Below, piece by piece: positions 19,403 to 26,847 of a stretch of 64,000 bases of DNA. Position 1 is the stretch's first letter; each line of letters starts with the position of its first letter. The DNA is from Candidatus Daviesbacteria bacterium RIFCSPLOWO2_01_FULL_39_23 (GTDB lineage Bacteria > Patescibacteriota > Microgenomatia > Daviesbacterales > UBA10151). The notes below the pieces were generated by a model. That model did no database searches and was not told the origin of the DNA. It saw nothing but the letters and a program-made list of their open reading frames with translations. A program made the position numbers and the translations under genes. Where the stretch lies: positions 30,130 to 94,129 of the forward strand of contig MFDN01000015.1 in assembly GCA_001776935.1 (NCBI GenBank), given 5' to 3'.

Positions 19403-20368
19403 GTGGAAAAAGTTTCAGGAATGGTTAAAAAATTTAAAGAGACTTTTGGAGATGCACCGGAACTTAAAAAACCTTGGACCAGAGGCAAATACTCTGTGCC
19501 GCTCAAGTTGAGAGATATCCACTATAGAGACTCTCTTCCATTCGCAAAGTTTGAGGGAATTAGCGGGAAAGAAGATGATGGAGTTTTGAAGGTCAGGGTT
19601 GACTATGCTGGTAGTTTGGATTTAAGAAGAGAGCAAGCTTTTATTAAGAGTGGTACCCAATTTACTCTGAATTATGTTGACATCAGGTTTAATACAGGTC
19701 CAGTGGACATTATTTATTCTGCAAAGTATGACCATCTTATTGAAAATTCCTATACAGACGAAAGAGCTTGGCCATATTTTTCGCGTGAGCTACTAATTCA
19801 ATTTACAGGAAGACGGGACATGCCGTTGGCTATGGCTGAATATTTTAGTAGCAACAGGAGGATTCAGTACGCACTATATATGACCTGCGGTGAATTTGGT
19901 GATTTACAGGCCTCTCTTGGGGCTCAAGCTGGGGAAAAAGATGACTCTGGACTGGGGTTTGCCAAAGTAGATATCGGTGCTCTTCCCGGTGCTCATATAC
20001 AAGAGTTAAGGAACAGCGCAGATAATATAAAGACTGAAACATCACCCAAGCCTATTCCTATAAATGGAGTTCCGATGAATATTGACGACTCTCCTTATAT
20101 ATACCGGGTTTTACATAGTCAAGACCACCAGGAGTGGGGACAGGGTAGGTTAGCGTTATCCAGACTGCATTTTGAAACAGGATCGGTGATGATGTTGTCG
20201 GTACCTGAGTGTGTAAATCAGCATGAATACATGAGTTATATGATAGGCGATCAATGGAATGATATTTTACACAGATATCCTGTGAGATTTGTAACAGTGG
20301 AGAGTGGGAAACCTCGACAATGGTTGCATACTTTTGGTAGAGACGATAAACTTTTAGAAGTTAGATAG
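19403..20368 (+). CDS. Hypothetical protein
   Basis: 321-aa ORF after TTGACA(19365)-17-TAGAAT. Confidence 0.65.
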   Translation: MEKVSGMVKKFKETFGDAPELKKPWTRGKYSVPLKLRDIHYRDSLPFAKFEGISGKEDDGVLKVRVDYAGSLDLRREQAFIKSGTQFTLNYVDIRFNTGPVDIIYSAKYDHLIENSYTDERAWPYFSRELLIQFTGRRDMPLAMAEYFSSNRRIQYALYMTCGEFGDLQASLGAQAGEKDDSGLGFAKVDIGALPGAHIQELRNSADNIKTETSPKPIPINGVPMNIDDSPYIYRVLHSQDHQEWGQGRLALSRLHFETGSVMMLSVPECVNQHEYMSYMIGDQWNDILHRYPVRFVTVESGKPRQWLHTFGRDDKLLEVR

Positions 20369-20424
20369 CCTTCCCTTTGAGCGGAAAAATCTGAGAAATT
20401 AGTATTTTTGGTAGAATAGGGTTC

Positions 20425-20541
20425 ATGTTTAAGCAACGAATTCAGCAGGTTAGACAAAAACTTTCAAAACAAAAACTGGATGCAATTTGGATTTGTGATG
20501 TTTCCAATATTTGTTACCTGACCGGTTTTTCCACACCTTGA
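20425..20541 (+). pseudogene. Truncated, diverged duplicate of the aminopeptidase P 5' end
   Basis: MFKQRIQQVRQKLSKQKLDAIWICDVSNICYLTGFSTP* versus the N-terminus of 21355. Confidence 0.9.
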
Positions 20542-20575
20542 TTTTTGTACAAATTTGTTCTAAAATGTACGTATT

Positions 20576-20878
20576 ATGACACAAGTAATGAAAGCCTCAG
20601 ATGTAAGGCAAAACTGGAGTAAACTGCTTAATAAAGTATACCGTAATCAAACCCGCCTGGTAGTGGAAAAAAGCGGAATTCCGGTCGCTGCCTTAATCTC
20701 AACAGAAGATTTAGACCGCTTGACAAAATTAGAAGAGCTTAGAGAAAGAAATTTTTCTGTTCTTGATGAAATCGGTGAGAAATTCAAAAATGTGCCTGCG
20801 GAAGAGATTGAGCAAGAGGTTAACAAAGTCTTAGTTAAGATTCGGGCACAAAATCGTAGAAAATCTCCTGTTGCCTAA
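20576..20878 (+). CDS. Phd/YefM antitoxin
   Basis: ASDVRQNWSKLLNKV...VVEKSGIPVAALI. Confidence 0.88.
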   Translation: MTQVMKASDVRQNWSKLLNKVYRNQTRLVVEKSGIPVAALISTEDLDRLTKLEELRERNFSVLDEIGEKFKNVPAEEIEQEVNKVLVKIRAQNRRKSPVA

Positions 20879-20884
20879 ATCAGT

Positions 20885-21322
20885 ATGATATCCGCAGTCC
20901 TGGATGCCAATATAATTACCTCTGGTATTTTAGGATACCGCAATCCTGTCAGTATTCCAGGAGCAATACTTAGATTATGGCGGCAAGGTACTTTTATTCT
21001 TGCAACATCTAAACATATTCGTGATGAGGTAAAAGTAGCACTGAGCAAATCATATTTTAAAAAACATTTGACTATCCAGGAAATATCCCGCATACAAGCA
21101 CTTCTTCAATTCCAGGCAAAACAGACAGTTATTACTGAGGATGTACATGAAACTGCTACTCACTTTGAAGATGATCTGGTTCTTGCTGTGGTTGTCAGCG
21201 CAAAAGCCGACTATTTAGTAACCGGCGATGGTCCGCTACTTCGAAAAGTCGGTAACTCTTATCAGGGAGTCAAATTGGTCAATCCGAATGATTTTCTACA
21301 AATTCTTAAGCAGCAGAGTTAG
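20885..21322 (+). CDS. PIN-domain toxin (PIN_3-like)
   Basis: AVLDANII, EDDLVLA, ADYLVTGD. Confidence 0.88.
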   Translation: MISAVLDANIITSGILGYRNPVSIPGAILRLWRQGTFILATSKHIRDEVKVALSKSYFKKHLTIQEISRIQALLQFQAKQTVITEDVHETATHFEDDLVLAVVVSAKADYLVTGDGPLLRKVGNSYQGVKLVNPNDFLQILKQQS

Positions 21323-21354
21323 TTTGCTGTCTGTTTTTTGATAGAATTGATTTC

Positions 21355-22446
21355 ATGTTTAAGCAACGGATTCAACAGGTTAAACAAAAAATTTCGAAAG
21401 CAAAACTAGATGCGATTTGGATTTGTGATGTTTCCAATATTACCTACCTTACTGGTTTTTCCAATTTTTCAAAAGAAGAAAGAGAGGCATATTTGCTAAT
21501 CGGTAAGGATTTTCAATTTATTATTACAGATGCCAGGTATTCTGAGGCAGTAAGAAAAGAAATCCCTCATTTAAAACTTTTTGAAAGGTCTCATCAAAAC
21601 CCAACTGAAAAATTATTTGAAAGCTTAAAAAATAAAATAAAAGTTTTAGGGATTGAAGAAGATGAGTTAACAGTTTTAGAATATAAATCGTTAAAAAAGC
21701 ATTTTAAAAAAACAAAACATTTTAATTTAAAAACCAACCGTTTGATAAAAACTCCGGAAGAAATTAAAAAAATAGAAAAAGCATGCAAATTAGGTGATTT
21801 GGCATTTAAATATATTTTGAAAAAAATAAGGACAGGTATTTCGGAAAAGGAGCTTGCTTATGAATTGGAGAAATTCATAAAAGAAAATGGGGCAGAACTT
21901 TCATTTCCTTCAATTGTAGCTTTTGGTAAAAATTCTTCCGTTCCCCATCACCAAACAGGCAATACTAAACTGGAAGAAAAGCATGGACAGTTTGTTCTAT
22001 TAGACTTCGGAGTCAAGTTAGAAAATTATTGTTCAGATATGACCAGGACTGTTTTTTTTGGCAAACCTTCTAAAGAACAACAAAAGATTTATGAAACAGT
22101 TTTATCAGCCCAACAAAAAGCTGTTGACTATATAAACAAAACTTTAAAATCAGGTAAAAAAATTTGGGCTTCCAAAGTTGATATAGCAGCCCGGGATTAT
22201 ATTATTTCAAAGGGTTTTCCAACGATTCCCCACTCGCTTGGTCATGGCATAGGGTTGGAGGTACACGAGCATCCGTCGTTATCACCTAAAAGCAAAGAAG
22301 ATTTAAAAAGCGGAATGGTTTTTTCCATAGAGCCGGGGATTTATATACCAAACTTAGGCGGGGTCCGAATTGAAGATTTATTTGTTTTGGAAAATCAGCA
22401 ACTTCGGGCATTGACCGGCTCCTCAAAAGCGCTGATTATTATATAA
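21355..22446 (+). CDS. Xaa-Pro aminopeptidase (M24B)
   Basis: DFG, YCSDMTRT, HSLGHGIGLEVHE, EPGIY, GVRIED. Confidence 0.93.
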   Translation: MFKQRIQQVKQKISKAKLDAIWICDVSNITYLTGFSNFSKEEREAYLLIGKDFQFIITDARYSEAVRKEIPHLKLFERSHQNPTEKLFESLKNKIKVLGIEEDELTVLEYKSLKKHFKKTKHFNLKTNRLIKTPEEIKKIEKACKLGDLAFKYILKKIRTGISEKELAYELEKFIKENGAELSFPSIVAFGKNSSVPHHQTGNTKLEEKHGQFVLLDFGVKLENYCSDMTRTVFFGKPSKEQQKIYETVLSAQQKAVDYINKTLKSGKKIWASKVDIAARDYIISKGFPTIPHSLGHGIGLEVHEHPSLSPKSKEDLKSGMVFSIEPGIYIPNLGGVRIEDLFVLENQQLRALTGSSKALIII

Positions 22447-22453
22447 TGAATTT

Positions 22454-23071
22454 ATGGGTAAATGGGACAAGTTGGCTGACAGGCAAACTATTGACGAAAC
22501 AATTGAAAGCTTAAAGAAAAATGGCCTGGAGGCAATGTTCGTAAATGATGGTAAAGAAGCTAAAGAAAAGGTTTTGTCATTGATTCCTGCCGGGTCTGAG
22601 GTGATGACCATGACTTCTGTCACTTTAGATACCATAGGTTTATCAGAGGAAATTAACAAAACAGGAGGCAGTTTTAAGCCGGTCAGGGATAAACTTTATT
22701 CGATGGATCGAAAAAGTGAGGCCCAGGAAATGAATAAACTGGGGGCAGCGCCGCAGTATGTTTTAGGAAGTATACATGCAGTCACTCAGGCAGGGGAAAT
22801 AATGGTTGCTTCCAATACTGGTTCTCAATTACCTGCTTATTCTTATGGAGCACTAAAGGTAATTTGGGTAGTTGGAGCGCAAAAAATTGTCAAAAATTTA
22901 GATGAGGGTTTTAAGCGTATTTATGAGCATAGTCTAATACTGGAAAGCGAAAGAGCCAAAAAAGCATACGGCGTACCCGGTTCATCTGTAAATAAAATAT
23001 TAATTATAAACAAAGAAGTGCAACCGGGAAGAATGACTATTATTTTGGTTAACGAAGTATTGGGTTTTTAG
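22454..23071 (+). CDS. LUD (lactate utilisation) domain protein
   Basis: GSIHAVT..G, TGSQL, VIWVVGAQKIV. Confidence 0.75.
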   Translation: MGKWDKLADRQTIDETIESLKKNGLEAMFVNDGKEAKEKVLSLIPAGSEVMTMTSVTLDTIGLSEEINKTGGSFKPVRDKLYSMDRKSEAQEMNKLGAAPQYVLGSIHAVTQAGEIMVASNTGSQLPAYSYGALKVIWVVGAQKIVKNLDEGFKRIYEHSLILESERAKKAYGVPGSSVNKILIINKEVQPGRMTIILVNEVLGF

Positions 23072-23583
23072 GCACGGTATAACCAGAAATTTTCTACTTT
23101 TTTATATGGTCTCCAATTTGGAAAGTGATAAGTCTGGGTAATTACAACAGCGCCTTTTTTTAACTCTTTCCGTAATTTTTCTTCTAATTTCTTAACTCCT
23201 TTATGTAATAAATAAATATAGACAATGTCCGCATCAGAATAGCTTCTGGCAAAAATATTTCCATGAAAAAACTTTACGTTCCCACATCGGAAGTGGGAAG
23301 CTGATTTCCAGCGAGAATACAAAACTCTAATCCAGGATTGTTCAATGCCGACTGCATCAGCTCCCAGTTTTGCTGCTGCAAAAACCACCCGACCGTCTCC
23401 GGATCCAAGTTCATAAAATTTCTTACCCTTTTTAGCGCCTGCAAACTTTAAGATTTTTCTAATATTTTCCATTTTGGTGGGAACATAAGGTGCATCAGTC
23501 CCGGCAAACCACGATAGAGCTATAAAACAGCCGATTAAGATGCCGCCTGAAATTATTAAAGTAATATCCATTTTATTTCCCAA
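23068..23583 (-). CDS. Class I SAM-dependent methyltransferase
   Basis: APYVPT, ELGSGDGR, ADIVYIYL. Confidence 0.85.
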   Translation of the reverse strand: MGNKMDITLIISGGILIGCFIALSWFAGTDAPYVPTKMENIRKILKFAGAKKGKKFYELGSGDGRVVFAAAKLGADAVGIEQSWIRVLYSRWKSASHFRCGNVKFFHGNIFARSYSDADIVYIYLLHKGVKKLEEKLRKELKKGAVVITQTYHFPNWRPYKKVENFWLYRA

Positions 23584-24655
23584 GCAATTTTAGCAGAAAA
23601 ACCTTAAGCGGTGTCAGTCTATCTATAAAAGTAAATATCAAATATATTGGCCAATCAAAGACCATATCATAAGTTCCAATATTTTCAATTAATTTTCCCC
23701 CATATCCCTGCTTAAATTTATGAAATCCATACCACGGGTCTTTTTGGTTGGCATCAGGACCTAATGCTCCCCACATATCAAATTTTTTAAGCCCTAATTT
23801 TTTTCCTAATCTAATAGCTTCCCAGGCTACTAAATTATTTGTCATAACTTCAGGGTGTGTTTTAGAAGACCCGCCATAGGGATAATAGAGTGTGTCTTTA
23901 GAATTTAAAATCATCCAGGCAGTCAAGGGTTCATTCTCAAAATAGGCAATTAAGATATGAGCCATACCAGCTTCTTTTAAGGTTTCCCATGCTTTTTGAT
24001 GATAATTTTTATTGTGGCCATGATATCCCTGTCTTTTAGTGGTTTCAAAATATAATTTTAAATAAATTTTGAAAGCTTCATCATCAGTTCTGCTTTTAAC
24101 TTTTACTCCATGCTTTTGAGCAACCCGGATATTGTAACGGGTCTTTGGATGCATGTTTTTTAACAGCTCCTCTTCTGATTTTGTTAAATCAACAATAAAA
24201 TTATATTTGGTAAAGAGTGGCTTTGGTGATCTTATAAAACTTGAATCAGTGCTGTCATTCTGAGGTCGCTGTGGCGACCGAAGAATCTCTGAACTTGTTT
24301 CAGAAGTGCTCGCATTCGCGAGAGATCCTTCGGCTAATTTCCTCAGGATGACATTGGGTTCCACCTTGATAAAAGCACAGTTATTTTCCCTGCCGATTTT
24401 TTTTAAAGCTTCTGCCAGTTCTTTGTCCGGTGCCGGGCCTTTTGGCAGATAGCCCACACATTTATTAGTAAAAGGGATTTTATGTAAAGTCAGCTGAAAG
24501 GCTTTTATTAATTTACTGTTTTGGTAAAGGCCATACCTTAAAAGAGGGATTCCCAAAGATTTTCTAAATTCTCCCCATTCCCAGGACTGGATTACATGAG
24601 TAACTAATTTATTGTAAGCAGTTTTTTGCTTTGGGGTAATTGGCCGCAGATCCAT
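23573..24655 (-). CDS. FemAB/FemX-family peptidoglycan bridge transferase
   Basis: QSWEWGEF, YLPKGP, IKVEP, KTRYNIR, FKQGYGG. Confidence 0.9.
   Translation of the reverse strand: MDLRPITPKQKTAYNKLVTHVIQSWEWGEFRKSLGIPLLRYGLYQNSKLIKAFQLTLHKIPFTNKCVGYLPKGPAPDKELAEALKKIGRENNCAFIKVEPNVILRKLAEGSLANASTSETSSEILRSPQRPQNDSTDSSFIRSPKPLFTKYNFIVDLTKSEEELLKNMHPKTRYNIRVAQKHGVKVKSRTDDEAFKIYLKLYFETTKRQGYHGHNKNYHQKAWETLKEAGMAHILIAYFENEPLTAWMILNSKDTLYYPYGGSSKTHPEVMTNNLVAWEAIRLGKKLGLKKFDMWGALGPDANQKDPWYGFHKFKQGYGGKLIENIGTYDMVFDWPIYLIFTFIDRLTPLKVFLLKLLGK
24253..24353. repeat. Palindromic miniature element inserted in frame in the FemAB gene
   Basis: Inverted homologue of 18029-18135; read as VILRKLAEGSLANASTSETSSEILRSPQRPQND. 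Confidence 0.85.
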
Positions 24656-24671
24656 TGAAGTAATTATATCT

Positions 24672-25328
24672 CTAAAAAATCTTAATTTGGGCGTTTTGCC
24701 TAAGCTCCTGAAATTTTTGAGAGAATATTTGCGAAAGCTTCTGTTGTTTTAAAAGATCAGCTGCTTCTTTGGTTTGACCTGCAGAATCGGTTGCTCTTAG
24801 CTGTGCTTTGTTGCTTTCAACAAATTTTTCCACTTCTTCTGCAGAAGTAGTTGCGTCTTTTGAGTAAAGCTTCTCAATAGCAAGCTGTAATTTTATTTGC
24901 TGTCTTAGGCTGTCTTTAGTCTGCCCTTGTTGGGATAGAAGTGCATTTAATGCATCTGTCCCTCCCACATTGGTTTCTATTTCTGAGATTTTTTTGTTAA
25001 TTTCCGCTTCGGAAACAACAGCATTATTTTTAACGGCTTCATTTAAGATAATCTTTTCGTTAATAAGCTGGTTTAGGGTTTGAGAGCGGAACTCACGGTT
25101 TAAACGCATTTGCAGTTCAAGATTGGTAATAGGCGAACCGTTAATAGTTGCCGCAACAAACCAATTTTTCTTATAAATAACCAAAGCTACGAGAATAAGA
25201 GCTACGAGAATAATATAGAATTTCTTTGAGGATCTGAAGTTTTTTAAAGAGGACAATTTATCTAATAAATTATTAACTGTGCTGTAAGGTAGTTCTTTTT
25301 CATTTTTGGTAGTAGATTTTTTAGCCAT
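24672..25328 (-). CDS. SurA N-terminal-domain chaperone-like protein
   Basis: TM, then AATINGSPIT, LNQLINEKII; start MAKK assumed. Confidence 0.75.
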   Translation of the reverse strand: MAKKSTTKNEKELPYSTVNNLLDKLSSLKNFRSSKKFYIILVALILVALVIYKKNWFVAATINGSPITNLELQMRLNREFRSQTLNQLINEKIILNEAVKNNAVVSEAEINKKISEIETNVGGTDALNALLSQQGQTKDSLRQQIKLQLAIEKLYSKDATTSAEEVEKFVESNKAQLRATDSAGQTKEAADLLKQQKLSQIFSQKFQELRQNAQIKIF

Positions 25329-25385
25329 TGACCGATGATAACTAATAATTTGTATTTTGGCAATAGTTGAATTAATATAATAATT

Positions 25386-26081
25386 ATGCAAAAGGGTACT
25401 GCCGCTCTTTTTATTGTGGTTATTATTTTATTAATTGTTGTCTTAGGTTCTGCTTTGTTTTTTGGCTTATCTAAAATAAAGATTGACCCCCCTTCTGAGG
25501 AAAAAATTTTAGCAAACTTACCGCTTCCGGCTCCCAAGCTTAACCCCTCGTCTTCGCCGCAAATTTATCAAAACCAAAAATTAGGAATTAAATTTGAATA
25601 CTTTCTCAAGGATTATCTGGTTAGAGAAGATTCAGAAGAGGATTTTAATAAGCGGTCTGCCGGCGCAGCGCGCAACACATCCAGTGGGGATTATCGCAAA
25701 AACTTTAAAGGATATGTAGGGTATGAACCCCCGGGTTTTTTGGGAGGAGTAGTGTTGCTGGATAAGAATAATTCTTACGATATAAGTCCGCTGACAGTTT
25801 GGATTTTTGGCAATCCTGATAATTGGACCATTGATAAATGGTTTGGCAGCTTTTGGTATTATCCTTTTGTGTGGGGTGTGTTTGACTGGACATCAAAGGG
25901 TCATATTACACCGGATACGGAGGCGACAATCAGTGGTCAGTTGGCCAAATCTAAAATTGTTTCCTATCAGCCGGGAAAGCCAAAATTTGTATATGTTGCA
26001 AAAGGACAAAAGATGTATCTATTCAGGATAGTTGGCGAAGATGGGGATAAAATCCTTACCAATTTTAAGTTTTTGGACTAA
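25386..26081 (+). CDS. Membrane-anchored exported protein, MQKG N-terminus
   Basis: N-terminal TM; YQNQKLGIKFEY; ILTNFKF C-terminus. Confidence 0.65.
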   Translation: MQKGTAALFIVVIILLIVVLGSALFFGLSKIKIDPPSEEKILANLPLPAPKLNPSSSPQIYQNQKLGIKFEYFLKDYLVREDSEEDFNKRSAGAARNTSSGDYRKNFKGYVGYEPPGFLGGVVLLDKNNSYDISPLTVWIFGNPDNWTIDKWFGSFWYYPFVWGVFDWTSKGHITPDTEATISGQLAKSKIVSYQPGKPKFVYVAKGQKMYLFRIVGEDGDKILTNFKFLD

Positions 26082-26116
26082 TCAATAATGTAGATATCTG
26101 TGAATTTAGCTCGCCA
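26078..26116 (-). pseudogene. Diverged duplicate of the 3' end of the G5/3D gene
   Basis: Reads WRAKFTDIYIID* versus WRARFIDIYLMD*. Confidence 0.8.
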
Positions 26117-26148
26117 TCACTTCAGCAAGTTCAGTGTTTTCGGGCACG

Positions 26149-26847
26149 CTAATCCATTAAATATATATCAATGAAGCGCGCCCTCCAACCGGCAGTACGG
26201 GCATCTTCAAACCCCAAATCAATAATGTTGCCCTTTATGGCTCCGCCGGTATCGCCTGCAATGGCCATTCCATACCCCGGTATATAAACTTTACTTCTCA
26301 TCTTAATAACTTTCGGGTCAACGGCAATTACGCCTTTGCCGGCTTTCATTCCAATGGCTGTCCATTCATCGCAACCTTTACACCTTGAATCATAGTGGGT
26401 GGCATAAACTCTCATCTTTTTCCAATATTTAATTTCTCCATCTTGAACTTGCAGGGTTTTCCAGATAATTTTGGTACCCCGTAAAATTTTTTTATCTTTT
26501 GCGGGAATTGTTTCTAAGGAGACAAGTTTTCTTTCAAACTCTTTCCCGTCTTTTGAGTAGGTGACTTTAAATATTTTTGTTTTCTTGCCGTCTTCGCCTT
26601 CTTCTAAGATTTTTTCTTCTCCGGCTTCGGTTTGGGGATCATCCTCAAAAATGACTTTTTTTAAAATAATCTCAGTTTCCTCATGTAGTTTTTCCGTAAA
26701 AGAAGAATGGGTTGTAATTGGTTGATTCATTGGCAGAGTCTGAGTAAGAGAAGGAGAAGTTTCCCCGAGTACAGCAGGAGTCTGCCAGAAGGTTTTGGCA
26801 AAAACTGTAAGAGCTATTATTAAAAGGGCTCCTAAATATCTTTCCAT
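26149..26847 (-). CDS. G5 + 3D domain cell-wall protein
   Basis: G5-like segment; IAVDP, AGDTGGAIKGNIIDL. Confidence 0.9.
   Translation of the reverse strand: MERYLGALLIIALTVFAKTFWQTPAVLGETSPSLTQTLPMNQPITTHSSFTEKLHEETEIILKKVIFEDDPQTEAGEEKILEEGEDGKKTKIFKVTYSKDGKEFERKLVSLETIPAKDKKILRGTKIIWKTLQVQDGEIKYWKKMRVYATHYDSRCKGCDEWTAIGMKAGKGVIAVDPKVIKMRSKVYIPGYGMAIAGDTGGAIKGNIIDLGFEDARTAGWRARFIDIYLMD

Noticed and set aside
25185-25213. 15-bp tandem repeat
   Set aside because: In-frame ILVAL duplication in a TM helix; ordinary slippage.
25651-25690. GC-rich patch (SAGAARNTSS) as another in-frame element
   Set aside because: No clear stem or second copy; needs orthologue alignment.
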